Shown: positions 29,230 through 43,617 of the stretch, piece by piece
Layout of the letters: every line of letters starts with the position of its first letter
Position numbering within the stretch: position 1 is the stretch's first letter
Source: Betaproteobacteria bacterium
GTDB lineage: Bacteria; Pseudomonadota; Gammaproteobacteria; Burkholderiales; SG8-39
Direction: 5' to 3'
Assembly (NCBI GenBank): GCA_031391405.1
Contig: JANMUI010000945.1
Location: 1 to 58,117 of the forward strand
Length of the DNA: 58,117 bases
The notes under the pieces: generated by a model
What the model saw: only the letters and a program-made list of their open reading frames with translations
What the model was told of the DNA's origin: nothing
The model's database searches: none
Position numbers and translations under genes: made by a program

Positions 29230-30375
29230 TCATGCCCCGCTCGAGGGCGCCTCCACCGCCTTGAAAGGCGAATGCTCGTTCAACTCGTCGATGTAGTGCG
29301 CGACGCCCTTGGCTTCATTGTCGAGGAAACGCTCGATGGCGGCGGCAAATTGCGGATGCCGGAGCCAATGCGCGGAGCGTGTCTCGACCGGGGTGAAGCC
29401 GCGCGCAAGCTTGTGCTCACCTTGCGCGCCGCCCTCGAATATCATAATGCCGCGCGCGATGCAAAATTCGATCGCCTGGTAGTAACAGGCCTCGAAGTGC
29501 AGGCCTGAATGAAAGCCCGTCGTGCCCCAATATCGGCCGTAAAGCGTGGTCTGGTTGAACATGTTGAACGCGGCCGCGATCGGCTTGCCGTCCGCTTCGG
29601 CAAGCACCATGAGAAGGTTGTCCGGAAGCTTCGCGCCGATCTCGTGGAAGAAATCCAGATTGAGATAGGGCGTTGAATGGTGGGCGCGATAGGTCGACCG
29701 ATAGCAGCGATTGAAGAACGCCCAGTGTGCGGTCGAGATTTCCGCACCGACCAGCCATTTGAACGATATCCCGGCGTCCCGCACCTTGCGGCGTTCCTGT
29801 TTGATTTTCTTGCGCTTGTCATGCGAGAAGCGTGAGAGAAAATCATCGAAACTCGAATAGCCGTCGTTGAACCAATGAAACTGCATGCCACGACGCGTCA
29901 GCATCCGCTCACCCTCGAACAAGGCAAGCTCCTCGACGGTGGGGAACAAAACGTGGAGCGACGAGGCGCCCCGCGCCACCTTGAGGGCCGCTTTGGGGAG
30001 TCGGATTCGCACTTCGTTGTCGACTGCGAGTATTTTCTGGGCGCTGACCGGGGAGAACGGAATCGCGCTAAGGAGCTTTGGGTAGTACGAAAGGCCGTTA
30101 CGTTGATAAGCATCGGCCCACGCCCAGTCGAAAATGTATTCGCCGTACGAGTGCGATTTCAAATAGAGCGGCATCGCGCCGACGAGCGCCTTCCCTTCCC
30201 ACGCCGTGATGTACTGCGGGAGCCAGCCTGACTCGGCGGAGGCACAGCCCGTTTCATGCAATGCATGCAGAAACGCGTAGGAGAGCATCGGATGATCGCC
30301 CGCGAGGGAGTTCCAGGCGGATGGCTCGACACCCGAGAGGCTGTCGACGATTCGAATCTCTATGTCGCGGGCCAT
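29230..30375 (-). CDS. FemAB-related GNAT-fold protein (DUF482/COG3146-like)
   Basis: 381 aa. Family recalled from WNSLAGDHPMLSYAFLHALHETGC...GW.PQY and GRYWG...LHFE.CYYQ.IEFCI. Confidence 0.7.
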   Translation of the reverse strand: MARDIEIRIVDSLSGVEPSAWNSLAGDHPMLSYAFLHALHETGCASAESGWLPQYITAWEGKALVGAMPLYLKSHSYGEYIFDWAWADAYQRNGLSYYPKLLSAIPFSPVSAQKILAVDNEVRIRLPKAALKVARGASSLHVLFPTVEELALFEGERMLTRRGMQFHWFNDGYSSFDDFLSRFSHDKRKKIKQERRKVRDAGISFKWLVGAEISTAHWAFFNRCYRSTYRAHHSTPYLNLDFFHEIGAKLPDNLLMVLAEADGKPIAAAFNMFNQTTLYGRYWGTTGFHSGLHFEACYYQAIEFCIARGIMIFEGGAQGEHKLARGFTPVETRSAHWLRHPQFAAAIERFLDNEAKGVAHYIDELNEHSPFKAVEAPSSGA

Positions 30376-30440
30376 TAGCGCGACGACCGGGCGATGTGTT
30401 GGGCGGGACAGGACATCGTTTGATTATTGGGATTTGGTGA

Positions 30441-31408
<968 letters not shown>

Positions 31409-31455
31409 GTTGATTGCTCCGGCAGATAGGAACGACGAAGTGTGGCCTCTCGATG

Positions 31456-32484
<1,029 letters not shown>

Positions 32485-33142
32485 TCAAATTATAGTCACT
32501 GGTGTCGCGGCGGCCGACCGCAACAAAATAGGATCGATCGGTGGATAGGCGGGGACGCAAAACCGACCTGCGGGCGACGCTGTAAGACGGATGGGTAATA
32601 CTTCACCATTGAGACACGTAGGATTGATAAACAATTGTTTCCGAATTATCAGGCGCATATACTCGTGCTCGAAAACGTCACGGATGCCGCGGGAGAAATT
32701 GCATTGGCAGGGCTTTGTCGGCTTGCCAATATCCCAAGGTAGTGAAGGTGCGAAAATCCAGTTTGGGGCTGGCGGAACTTCATCAATGATCGGAATAATG
32801 CCGAATCGATCGGGCTTCACGAGGACAGCGGAAGGCCGCTTCTCTTGCGTCGACGCTACGGACATTGATTTCGCACGGATGCGGAATGCGCTTCAGTACG
32901 AAGCCCGGCCGGTCGCATTGGTCGCATTGGTCGATGCTGCGAACTGAGAGAATTCCCCGTGTCTATTCGTTGCTTCAGTGTCTCATCGTGAAGAGTACTG
33001 TGTGAATAAATTACCGACTGGTTCGTGCAGCCAGACGTGGCCGACTGCGATGCGCGGCGGCTTGATCCCGGCTCACAAAAAATTCTGACCGTGAAGCCTT
33101 ACGCCCCTTTCGTGGGTATCGATCTTTGTGGAGGGCAGTTCA

Positions 33143-33817
33143 ATGCGTGGTCCCGCTAGCGTTTCAACACTTCTTCTTCGTAATGTTCCGTTGTTTTCGC
33201 AGTTGCCCGAGGGACAGCTTGCTCTCTTGACGCGCGTGGTCGGTCGTAAGGCCTTTCCCCGCAGCTCAACAATCATCTCCGCCGGCGATCCGACGGATTC
33301 GCTGTACATCGTCATTGCCGGTCGCCTGAAGGTGATGATGAGCGATGACGAAGGCCGCGAAGTCATCCTTGCGATCCTGTCATCCGGTGAATTCTTCGGC
33401 GAAATGGGGCTGGTCGATGATGCGCCCCGATCGGCAACCGTGATCGCGATCGAGCCGTGTGAGCTCCTCACCATCTCGAAAGCCGATTTCAAGAAATGTC
33501 TGGCCGAGAACTTCGACATTTGCATGGGCGTAATGCGCGGCTTGGTGAAGCGCTTGCGAGACGCCGACCGCAAAATCGGCAGCCTCGCCTTGATGGATGT
33601 CTATGGCCGTGTCGCCCGCCTCTTGCTCGAGATGGCCGACACGATCGACGGCCAGAAGGTCGTGACCAAGAAATTGCCCAAGCAGGATATCGCCAAGATG
33701 ATCGGCGCCTCCCGTGAAATGGTGAGCCGCGTCATGAAGGATCTGCAGACGGGCGGCTACATCGAGGTCCGTTCCGGCGCGATCTTCCTGCGCGACAACA
33801 TCCTGATGGCGCACTAA
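33143..33817 (+). CDS. CRP/Vfr/Clp-type cyclic-nucleotide-binding transcriptional regulator
   Basis: GGAGGG lies 8 nt before ATG 33143; the track starts at GTG 33128. cNMP domain (GEFFGEMGL...RSATVIA) and C-terminal HTH (QDIAKMIGASREMVSRVMKDL). Confidence 0.85.
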   Translation: MRGPASVSTLLLRNVPLFSQLPEGQLALLTRVVGRKAFPRSSTIISAGDPTDSLYIVIAGRLKVMMSDDEGREVILAILSSGEFFGEMGLVDDAPRSATVIAIEPCELLTISKADFKKCLAENFDICMGVMRGLVKRLRDADRKIGSLALMDVYGRVARLLLEMADTIDGQKVVTKKLPKQDIAKMIGASREMVSRVMKDLQTGGYIEVRSGAIFLRDNILMAH

Positions 33818-34037
33818 CCCTTTACGTTCCGCGGATCTTTGATCAGAACCAAGTTTCAGGCCCTGTAGTCGGGGCCGGCGGGGAAGTCCCCCCCGTTGGT
33901 TGAAGTTCTCGCAGAAGCCCAATCCGGATCGACGCGGCCTGCACCGCGGCGACACGGAAAAAGCCTGGTGGCGGTTACAATTCGCCCCAGGCTTTTTATA
34001 TTTTGGCGCGCCCCGATCGCATTGTTGAATCGGGAGC

Positions 34038-36359
34038 ATGCTCGTCTTCCTGCGTTCCCTCTCGCATCCAGATTTGGCCAAACCCGCAAAAGCGCCCCTC
34101 CCGGGCAAAGTCGCCACGCTGCTAAGAGAGTCGCGGTGGATCGTGGTCGTCATGGCCGCGCTCTATCTTGCACTCACGCTCGTCACCTTCACGACAGCGG
34201 ACCCGGGTTGGTCACGCACCGGCCTCAACACGACAGCGAGCAACGCGGGCGGGCGCTTCGGCGCATGGTTGGCCGACCTCCTGCTTTATCTCTTCGGGCT
34301 GTCCGCGTACTGGTGGATTGTCCTGCTCGCCTATACGGTCGTCTGGGGATACCGGCGGCTCGACGGCACCTCGATCAGCGACCGGCGTCCGTTCTTCTTT
34401 GCGCTGGGCGGATTTCTCCTGGTGCTGTTGTCTTCCAGCGCCACGGAGGCGCTGCGTTTCCATACCATCGGCGCCGCGTTGCCGTTCAAGGCCGGCGGCG
34501 TACTGGGTGTTCTGATCGGCGACTGGGTCAATGTAACGATCGGGTTCACCGGCGCGACGCTTGTTCTGCTGACGGCGTTCCTGATCGGCGCGTCCCTCTT
34601 TACGGGCGTCTCGTGGGTCACTGCGGTCGAGGCGCTCGGGTCCTGGATCGAATCGGCTTTCCGCAACCTGCTCGCGTGGCGCGAACGGCGCGTCGACGAA
34701 AAAGCCGGCGAGGTCGCGGCGGTGGAGCGCGAGTCGATTGTCGTTGCGGAGAAGCGCCGCACCGAGGAGGCGCGGCCGATTCGGATCGAGCCGCCGGTGC
34801 TCGACATACCGAAATCGGATCGCGTCATTCGCGAAAAGCAGGTGCCGTTGTTCCATGAGCTGCCCGATACCCCGCTCCCGCCGCTTGCTTTGCTCGATGA
34901 CCCGCCATCCGAGCGCGAAACGATCAGTGCCGAGACGCTCGAATACACATCGCGCCTCATCGAACGCAAACTGAAGGATTTCGGCGTCGAAGTAAAGGTG
35001 CTGGCCGCCTATCCCGGCCCCGTTATCACGCGCTACGAGATCGAGCCGGCAATCGGCGTGAAGGGCAGCCAGATCGTCAACCTGGTAAAGGACCTCGCAC
35101 GGTCGCTCTCGGTGATGAGCATCCGGGTGGTCGAGACCATTCCCGGCAAATCATGCATGGGTCTCGAGATCCCGAATCCGAAGCGCCAGTCGGTGCGCCT
35201 CTCGGAGATCCTGTCATCGAAGGTCTATCACGATATGCACTCGCCGCTGGCGATTGCGCTTGGCAAGGACATCAGCGGCCAACCCATCGTGGTGGACCTC
35301 GCCCGTATGCCGCACCTGCTGGTTGCCGGCACCACCGGGTCGGGCAAGTCGGTCGCGATGAATGCGATGATTCTTTCGCTGCTCTACAAGGCTGAAGCGC
35401 GCGATGTGCGGCTGATCCTCATCGATCCGAAGATGCTCGAGCTTTCGGTGTACCAGGACATTCCGCAGTTGCTCGCGCCCGTCGTCATCGACATGAAATA
35501 CGCGGCGAATGCGCTCGGATGGTGTGTGGCCGAGATGGACCGGCGCTACAAGCTGATGTCGTGGGTCGGGGTTCGTAATCTGTCCGGCTACAACACGAAA
35601 GTCGGAGACGCCGAGAAATCCGGGAAGCCGTTGCATGATCCGGAGACGATCCAGACTGAGAATCCTGTGCCGCTGACCAAGTTGCCGTACATCGTCGTCG
35701 TCATCGACGAGTTGGCCGATCTGATGATGGTCGTCGGCAAGAAGGTCGAAGAGCTGATTGCCCGCCTCGCCCAGAAAGCACGAGCCGCCGGGGTTCACCT
35801 CATTGTCGCCACGCAACGGCCGTCGGTGGATGTCGTCACCGGACTCATCAAGGCGAACTTTCCGTCGCGGATCGCGTTCCAAGTATCCAGCCGGGTCGAT
35901 TCGCGCACGATTCTCGATCAGCAAGGTGCCGAATCGCTGCTTGGCCAGGGCGACATGCTGTACCTCCCGCCGGGATCGGGCGTGCCCATGCGGGTTCACG
36001 GCGCCTTCGTGGCCGACCATGAAGTGCACAGGGTCGTCGATCATTTGAAGAGCCTCGGGAAGCCGGAATATATTGACGGGTTGCTCGAAGGCACGGGCGA
36101 GAGCGTCGATGGGGGTGTGCTCGATCTCACCGGCACTGCGAGTGCAACGGGCGGGGAGTCCGATCCGTTGTATGACCAGGCCGTTGACATCGTTGTCCGT
36201 TCGCGTCGGGCGTCGATTTCGCTGGTTCAAAGGCATTTGCGAATCGGGTACAACCGTGCGGCCCGTTTGCTCGAATCGATGGAACAGGCCGGACTCGTTT
36301 CGGCGATGCAGTCGAATGGGAATCGAGAGATTCTCGCGCCGGTGAAGGGTGAAGGGTGA
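34038..36359 (+). CDS. ftsK: DNA translocase FtsK
   Basis: N-terminal TM segments, linker, motor domain with Walker [19 protein letters not shown], and a gamma domain (...LYDQAV..V......[23 protein letters not shown]). Confidence 0.95.
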   Translation: MLVFLRSLSHPDLAKPAKAPLPGKVATLLRESRWIVVVMAALYLALTLVTFTTADPGWSRTGLNTTASNAGGRFGAWLADLLLYLFGLSAYWWIVLLAYTVVWGYRRLDGTSISDRRPFFFALGGFLLVLLSSSATEALRFHTIGAALPFKAGGVLGVLIGDWVNVTIGFTGATLVLLTAFLIGASLFTGVSWVTAVEALGSWIESAFRNLLAWRERRVDEKAGEVAAVERESIVVAEKRRTEEARPIRIEPPVLDIPKSDRVIREKQVPLFHELPDTPLPPLALLDDPPSERETISAETLEYTSRLIERKLKDFGVEVKVLAAYPGPVITRYEIEPAIGVKGSQIVNLVKDLARSLSVMSIRVVETIPGKSCMGLEIPNPKRQSVRLSEILSSKVYHDMHSPLAIALGKDISGQPIVVDLARMPHLLVAGTTGSGKSVAMNAMILSLLYKAEARDVRLILIDPKMLELSVYQDIPQLLAPVVIDMKYAANALGWCVAEMDRRYKLMSWVGVRNLSGYNTKVGDAEKSGKPLHDPETIQTENPVPLTKLPYIVVVIDELADLMMVVGKKVEELIARLAQKARAAGVHLIVATQRPSVDVVTGLIKANFPSRIAFQVSSRVDSRTILDQQGAESLLGQGDMLYLPPGSGVPMRVHGAFVADHEVHRVVDHLKSLGKPEYIDGLLEGTGESVDGGVLDLTGTASATGGESDPLYDQAVDIVVRSRRASISLVQRHLRIGYNRAARLLESMEQAGLVSAMQSNGNREILAPVKGEG

Positions 36360-36374
36360 TTACGGATTACGGAT

Positions 36375-36518
36375 TGAACCACGGAGGACGCAGAGGACAC
36401 AGTGGAGAGCAATGGGGCAATCATCGGTGATCAAACTTCGAATCGATGTGCGATGAATTGATCGGGCTCGTGAAATCCAGTGATTCCTCTGTGTCCTCTG
36501 CGTCCCCTGTGGTTCATG
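36375..36518. repeat. Family A palindromic element, copy 3
   Basis: Arms are TTGAACCACGGAGGACGCAGAGGACACAGTGG (36375-36406) and CCTCTGTGTCCTCTGCGTCCCCTGTGGTTCATGAA (36486-36520). It is preceded by short tandems GTGAAGG x2 and TTACGGA x2 that include the ftsK stop. Confidence 0.75.
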
Positions 36519-36547
36519 AATTAGCGAGGAAGGGTTAAGGCGGAAAG

Positions 36548-37168
36548 ATGACATTTATCGTTCGATTGAATTCGATCCTGCTCGGGTGGGTTCTGGCTGG
36601 CTCGGCGTGGGCCGCCGGTACCGATCGGCTCAACGCCTTCATGACCGACACGCAATCCGCGAAGAGCGAATTCAGCCAGCGCATCGTCGATCGGAGTGGC
36701 AAGGTCACGCAGGAATCTCGCGGTACGCTCGAATTCGCGCGTCCCGGCAAGTTCCGTTGGACTTATGTCAAGCCCTACAATCAACTGATTGTCGGTGACG
36801 GATCAAAGGTATGGATCTACGATCCCGATCTCAATCAGGTCTCGATTCGCAAGATCGACGCGGCGCTCGGATCAACACCGGCCGCGCTGCTATCGGGCAA
36901 CAACGACGCAATGAAGGCCTTCGTACTGAAAGACGAAGGGACACGCGATGGGCTCGAATGGGTGCTCGCAACACCGCGGCAGAAGGAGGCGAACTTCGAA
37001 CGTATTCGTATCGGATTTTCCGCGGCAGGCCTTGCCGCGATGGAGCTGACGGATGCATTTGGGCAGCAGACCCTGCTCAAGTTTCTTACGATGCAGCGGA
37101 ATCCCCGGATCGACCCATCGACCTTCCAGTTCACGCCGCCCAAAGGCGCGGACGTCATCGGTGAGTGA
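36548..37168 (+). CDS. lolA: outer-membrane lipoprotein carrier protein LolA
   Basis: Signal peptide ...GSAWAAG. F.Q...D..G......G.L...RPGKFRW.Y..PY.QLIV.DG..VW.YDPDL.QV. Confidence 0.9.
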   Translation: MTFIVRLNSILLGWVLAGSAWAAGTDRLNAFMTDTQSAKSEFSQRIVDRSGKVTQESRGTLEFARPGKFRWTYVKPYNQLIVGDGSKVWIYDPDLNQVSIRKIDAALGSTPAALLSGNNDAMKAFVLKDEGTRDGLEWVLATPRQKEANFERIRIGFSAAGLAAMELTDAFGQQTLLKFLTMQRNPRIDPSTFQFTPPKGADVIGE

Positions 37169-38522
37169 TCTGTTCGACGATGCGGCGGTCGGCGACGACC
37201 ACGCGGCGGGCAACGCGCCGACCGTGCCGCTGGCCGAGCGGCTGCGTCCCAAAACGCTCGATGAGATCGTTGGTCAAACGCATCTGCTTGGCCCCGGCAA
37301 ACCGCTGCGTCTCGCGTTCGATTCAGGCAAGCCGCATTCGATGATCCTCTGGGGGCCGCCGGGTGTCGGGAAGACCACGCTGGCGCGTCTTGCAGCGTCC
37401 GCCTTTCAATCCGAATTCATCGCGATCTCTGCGGTCTTGGCGGGTGTGAAGGAGATTCGCGAGTCGGTGGAACGGGCACGACACGCGCGGGTGCGCGGAC
37501 GTTCGACCATCGTGTTCGTGGATGAAGTCCATCGATTCAACAAGGCGCAGCAGGATGCCTTCCTGCCCTTCGTCGAGGAGGGATTGTTCACATTCATTGG
37601 TGCGACCACCGAAAATCCGTCGTTCGAAGTGAATAGCGCGCTGCTTTCACGCGCCCAGGTCTATGTACTTACCTCGCTTACCGACGGCGAGCTGGGAGCA
37701 CTATTCGAGCGTGCCGTCGCGTACCTCGCCGGATCGCAGACATTCGATGTGAGCGCACGCGACCGGCTGGCCGATTTGGCCGACGGCGATGCGCGTCGCC
37801 TGTTGAATTTCCTCGAGATCGTCCAGACCGCTGCAATAAGCGCGGGTGTGTCGAGGGTCGATAGCGAATTCGCGCAAGGTGCGGTCGCACGCAATCTTCG
37901 TCGTTTCGACAAAGGCGGGGATGCTTTCTACGATCAGATTTCGGCTCTGCACAAATCGGTCCGTGGATCGAGTCCCGATGCGTCGCTCTATTGGCTGGTG
38001 CGTATGTTGGACGGTGGCGCGGATCCGCTCTATCTTGCCAGGCGGGTGATCCGGATGGCCACCGAGGACATCGGGCTGGCTGATCCGCGCGCGCTCGAAA
38101 TTACGCTCGCGGCGGCAAACACCTATGAGCGGCTAGGGTCGCCTGAAGGCGAGTTGGCGATCGCGCAGGCGGTGGTCTACCTCGCCTGTGCGCCGAAATC
38201 AAACGCGATCTATGTCGCGTATAACAAGGCCCGTGACTTCGTTGCGAACGACAAGACGCGCCCCGTGCCGATCCACATCCGCAACGCGCCGACCAAGCTC
38301 ATGAAGGCGATGGGACACGGCAAGGAATACCGTTACGCCCATGACGAGCCCGAAGGTTACGCGGCGGGCGAGAGTTATTTGCCTGAGGGCATGGTCGCAC
38401 CCCACTGGTACCAGCCGACCAATCGCGGCATCGAGGCGCGCATCGCAGAACGATTGGCGCATTTTCGCAGCCTCGATGATGCGGCGAGGCGCGCAGCGCC
38501 GGAAGAGAAGGGGGAAGGGTGA
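37161..38522 (+). CDS. rarA: replication-associated recombination protein A (AAA+ ATPase)
   Basis: Track ORF 37053..38522 overlaps lolA, so it is trimmed to the in-frame GTG 37161. LAERLRP.TLDE..GQ.HLLG.GK.LR, Walker [20 protein letters not shown], and C-terminal MgsA domain YD.ISALHKS.RGS.PDA.LYW..RML..G.DP.Y..RR. Confidence 0.9.
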   Translation: MSDLFDDAAVGDDHAAGNAPTVPLAERLRPKTLDEIVGQTHLLGPGKPLRLAFDSGKPHSMILWGPPGVGKTTLARLAASAFQSEFIAISAVLAGVKEIRESVERARHARVRGRSTIVFVDEVHRFNKAQQDAFLPFVEEGLFTFIGATTENPSFEVNSALLSRAQVYVLTSLTDGELGALFERAVAYLAGSQTFDVSARDRLADLADGDARRLLNFLEIVQTAAISAGVSRVDSEFAQGAVARNLRRFDKGGDAFYDQISALHKSVRGSSPDASLYWLVRMLDGGADPLYLARRVIRMATEDIGLADPRALEITLAAANTYERLGSPEGELAIAQAVVYLACAPKSNAIYVAYNKARDFVANDKTRPVPIHIRNAPTKLMKAMGHGKEYRYAHDEPEGYAAGESYLPEGMVAPHWYQPTNRGIEARIAERLAHFRSLDDAARRAAPEEKGEG

Positions 38523-40015
<1,493 letters not shown>

Positions 40016-40036
40016 ATTTAATCGGATTCGACTGTC

Positions 40037-41569
40037 GTGCATCCGCGTCGATTTGCGTCGCTTCCCCAGATCCTGATCGACTCGGCGCACGAGCATCCCA
40101 ATCGCGAAGCGTTGGTCTGTGGTCCGGTCCGTCTCACCTATCGCGATTACCTTGCTCGCGTGGCCGGTGTCGGAGAGCGCTTGAGCAACCTGGATGTTCG
40201 CGGCGAACGGGTTGCAATACTCCTGCCGAACAGCACTGAAGTCTGCATCGCAATGTTCGCGGCGCATGCGGCGGGGGCCACCGTGGTCCCGCTCAATCCG
40301 CTCTATACGGAGCGGGAGCTCATCGAGATCATCGAGGATGCCCGACCGCGCGTCTTGTTGTTCGATGCAAAGCGAGCCGAAGAGGTGGCGCGAATATCGG
40401 ACAGGCTCGACATCGCGTGTGTGGAAGCGATCGATCTCGATGAAGGTCGCTGGACGGATCCTTCGTCTCGAAGCGACCCACTTCCCATCCGCGCACCGAC
40501 CGCCGACGATCTCGCGTTCATCCAATACACCGGTGGCACCACCGGACGATCGAAAGGGGTCATGCTGACCCATCGCGCGGTGTGCACCAATATCGCGCAA
40601 CGCGAAGGACTGTTGCCGACCGATGCCGATCGGGGCGAGCGCATTCTCTGTCCCATGCCGATTTTCCATGCGTACGGATTGACGATGGGTTTGTACCTCA
40701 GTGCGTACTGCGCTGGAACATTGGTCATCATGCCGCGGTACCGGGCGGGCGAATTGCTCGATTTGGTCGAGCGCGAGCGCATCACGATTTTTCCCGGCAG
40801 CCCGACGATCTTTACCGGCCTCATGACCGATCCTGAATTCGCGGCAACCGACTGGTCAGGCGTGCACACCTGCTATTCCGGATCGGCACCGTTGTCGGAG
40901 GAGACATTGAATCGCTGGGAGGTCGCCACCAGCGCGCCGATCTACGAGGGATATGGTCAAACGGAAGCCGGCCCGATCCTTACCTACAATCCGGTGCACG
41001 GTATGCGCAAACTCGGCTCGGTGGGCATTGCTGTCGCCGATACGGACGTGCAAATTGTCGATACGGAATCGGGTACGCAGGTCTTGCCTGCCGGCGAGGT
41101 CGGCGAGATTCGTGCGCGGGGTCCGCAGGTCATGCACGGATACTGGCAGCGGCCGGACGAAACCGCGGCGGCGTTGCGCAATGGTTGGCTCTATACAGGC
41201 GACGTCGGTTCGCTCGACGCCGATGGCTATCTCACGATTCGCGACCGGAAGAAGGACATGGTGATCGTGAGCGGCTACAACGTCTATCCGCGTGAAGTGG
41301 ACGAGGTGCTGTTCATGCACCCTGCAATCGTCGACGCTGCGACCGTCGGCGCGCCCGATCCGTATCGCGGTGAGCGTCTCTGCGCGTTTGTCGTGCTGCG
41401 CGAAGGGGCGCGTACGACGCAAGACGCGATCCTTGCCCATTGCGTCGCAAATCTCGCGCGGTACAAGGTTCCATCGTCGTTGACCCTACTTGCCGCGCTT
41501 CCGAAGACCACGGTCGGTAAGACCGACAAGCGCGCGTTGCGCGATCAGGCCGCCGGCCCCGCCGTCTAG
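40037..41569 (+). CDS. AMP-dependent acyl-CoA synthetase/ligase (long-chain-fatty-acid--CoA ligase-like)
   Basis: AMP-binding motif IQYTGGTTGRSKGVMLTH, plus YGQTE, GDVG..D.DGYL.I.DRKKD and the terminal K of PKT.VGK. Confidence 0.85.
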   Translation: MHPRRFASLPQILIDSAHEHPNREALVCGPVRLTYRDYLARVAGVGERLSNLDVRGERVAILLPNSTEVCIAMFAAHAAGATVVPLNPLYTERELIEIIEDARPRVLLFDAKRAEEVARISDRLDIACVEAIDLDEGRWTDPSSRSDPLPIRAPTADDLAFIQYTGGTTGRSKGVMLTHRAVCTNIAQREGLLPTDADRGERILCPMPIFHAYGLTMGLYLSAYCAGTLVIMPRYRAGELLDLVERERITIFPGSPTIFTGLMTDPEFAATDWSGVHTCYSGSAPLSEETLNRWEVATSAPIYEGYGQTEAGPILTYNPVHGMRKLGSVGIAVADTDVQIVDTESGTQVLPAGEVGEIRARGPQVMHGYWQRPDETAAALRNGWLYTGDVGSLDADGYLTIRDRKKDMVIVSGYNVYPREVDEVLFMHPAIVDAATVGAPDPYRGERLCAFVVLREGARTTQDAILAHCVANLARYKVPSSLTLLAALPKTTVGKTDKRALRDQAAGPAV

Positions 41570-41606
41570 TGCACGCACGGGGTGAGTCATCTGCGACAGT
41601 TGCCGT

Positions 41607-41696
41607 TCAAACCCGCGGTGGCAACCAATTCGAGAGCGCAATGCCGCCATCGACCACGACGACGGTTCCGGTCACATATCCGGAGAACCGATAGTG
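41607..41696 (-). pseudogene. 30-codon remnant of an SDR C-terminus
   Basis: Minus-strand translation HYRFSGYVTGTVVVVDGGIALSNWLPPRV* matches the conserved SDR tail (..YVTG....VDGG...). There is no upstream body, and it abuts the thiolase stop (41702). Confidence 0.4.
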
Positions 41697-41701
41697 CAGC
41701 G

Positions 41702-42910
41702 CTACTCCTTAGCGTCCGCCACTTCAACCACCACCGCCATCGCGGTATCACCTGCCGCGCATCCGTGGAAGAGTCCTCGGCCACCGCCAAGCATCGCGAG
41801 CTCTTCGATCAGCTCGATGACCGCGCGAAGGCCTGTCGGTCCCTGCGGATGGCCCCACACCAGTGAACAGCCGTAGTTGTTCATCTTCTGCCAGTCGAAT
41901 CCGGTTTCGCGACTGAATACGATATCGTTGACTGCGAACGGGTTATGCGATTTCACGCAGTCGATATCCTTGATCGAAAGGTTTGCGGCATCGAGCGCAC
42001 GCTTCGATGCGGGAACCGGCGCCTCAGGCATGAATGCTTTCTCGGTGCGTGCCAAACCGAATCCGAGAATGCGAATGGAGATCTTCGGGTCGGTCGCCAG
42101 TTCGCGAGCCTTGTCACGCGTAGTGACGACCATGCATGCGTTGCCGTCGGCAGGATGGGTCTGTCCGCCATAGGTGACCGTGCCGCCGGGCTGCACCGGG
42201 CGCAGTTCCGCGAGGCCTGCTGCCGTCGTGGCGTGGATGCCTTCGTCGCCTGCAAGCGTCTTGATCGATTTACGGAACTTGGGATCGGGGACCTCGAACG
42301 GCAGTGTCATGAATCGTTTGTGGAAGGCACTGTCCATTGCGCGTGCGTCGTCGTACTGCCGATAGCGATGCGCGACCACGTCATGCTGTTCGGCGGTACT
42401 GATGCCGAACTTCTTCGCGACATTCTCGGCGGTCTGGATCATCGCGCAGTGCGCATACGGATCCTTCGAGAAATTATCGAGCACCCAATCCTCATGTCCG
42501 CCCGTGCCGCCCGGCCCAGCAGGGTGCGGAAAGTAGAGGTGCGGGCCATTCGACAACTTGTCGGCCGTGATCAGCAATGCGCAGTCCGCGCCGCCTTCGC
42601 TCACTTCCTGCACCGCCATTTGCAATACACGCGCGGAAGTCGCGCATGCCTGATTCACCGATGGGCCGCCGACATGCGGGGCGCCAAGCATCGCTGTCAC
42701 CCAAGGCAACCCATAGAAACAACTGGGCGAGGGCACGGTATAGCCGAGCACGCCATAGTCGAACGCATCCGGTGTGATGTCCCGCTTGGCGAGCTCGGCC
42801 TTGGCGACATGCGCCGCGAGCTCGAGCGGATGCAGATGCGAGAGGCTGCCCTGCCAACGGGCGAAGGGTGTTGACCAATAGGCACCGTAGGGGATGTGGG
42901 CAGTGCGCAT
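41702..42910 (-). CDS. thiolase-family acetyl-CoA C-acyltransferase
   Basis: Trimmed to ATG 42910 (MRTAHIPYGAYWSTPFARW...). Active-site context NQACATSAR (Cys nucleophile) and C-terminal GCAAGDTAMAVVVE. Confidence 0.8.
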   Translation of the reverse strand: MRTAHIPYGAYWSTPFARWQGSLSHLHPLELAAHVAKAELAKRDITPDAFDYGVLGYTVPSPSCFYGLPWVTAMLGAPHVGGPSVNQACATSARVLQMAVQEVSEGGADCALLITADKLSNGPHLYFPHPAGPGGTGGHEDWVLDNFSKDPYAHCAMIQTAENVAKKFGISTAEQHDVVAHRYRQYDDARAMDSAFHKRFMTLPFEVPDPKFRKSIKTLAGDEGIHATTAAGLAELRPVQPGGTVTYGGQTHPADGNACMVVTTRDKARELATDPKISIRILGFGLARTEKAFMPEAPVPASKRALDAANLSIKDIDCVKSHNPFAVNDIVFSRETGFDWQKMNNYGCSLVWGHPQGPTGLRAVIELIEELAMLGGGRGLFHGCAAGDTAMAVVVEVADAKE

Positions 42911-43062
42911 GAATGATGGGCTCGGGTAGTGGGTAGTTAGACTGTACAACCAGTTGCGAAATCCAGTCGGTATGACGCAGTGGTTGCAGCGAAGCCCGGC
43001 GAATCGTACGCTCCAGGCATGACGCTCACTTTTCAGACCTTCCTCACACTGCATTCACCGCG

Positions 43063-43617
43063 ATGAATCCGGCCCTCATGACTCGTCGTGCCCTTTTCCT
43101 TGGGTGGATGCAGATTGGGTTGACCGGTTTCGGCGGCGTACTGGCCGTCGCTCGGCGCGTCCTGGTCGAAGATCGAGGTTGGCTGACCGGTCCGGAATTC
43201 ACCGAGCTCCTGTCGATCGGCCAGGTGCTTCCAGGCCCCAACGTCATCAACGTGTCCGTTGCGGTGGGGGATCGGTATCACGGACCGGTCGGTTCATTGC
43301 TCTCGATCGTCGGCCTCATGCTGGCACCGATCGCGATCGTCCTGACCCTTGGTGCGTTGTATGTTGAGTTTGGTGAGAGTCCGCTCACGCAGGGAATCGT
43401 TCGCGGTCTCGCGCCTGCCGCGGCGGGTCTCATGGTGGCCACCGGACTCAAGATGGCGTTTGCCGAGATCCGCAGGCCGTGGAAATTCCTGATCGTGCTC
43501 ATCGGTTTCATCCTGATCGGGCTTATGCGCTGGCCGTTGCTGCAGGTGCTGCCGGTGCTTGCAGTGATCGGCGTTGGTCTTTCGTGGTGGACCCTGCGCG
43601 GAGCCGCCACGCGATGA
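43063..43617 (+). CDS. chromate-transporter (CHR) family half-size protein, first of a pair
   Basis: FLGWMQIGLTGFGG......R...V..RGWLT..EF.ELL...Q.LPGPN. Confidence 0.8.
   Translation: MNPALMTRRALFLGWMQIGLTGFGGVLAVARRVLVEDRGWLTGPEFTELLSIGQVLPGPNVINVSVAVGDRYHGPVGSLLSIVGLMLAPIAIVLTLGALYVEFGESPLTQGIVRGLAPAAAGLMVATGLKMAFAEIRRPWKFLIVLIGFILIGLMRWPLLQVLPVLAVIGVGLSWWTLRGAATR

Noticed and set aside
32485-32947. Calling either ORF (32485..32865 minus or 32591..32947 plus) a gene
   Set aside because: They overlap each other, have weak codon bias and no recognisable motifs. The region is reported as an anomaly rather than as a CDS.
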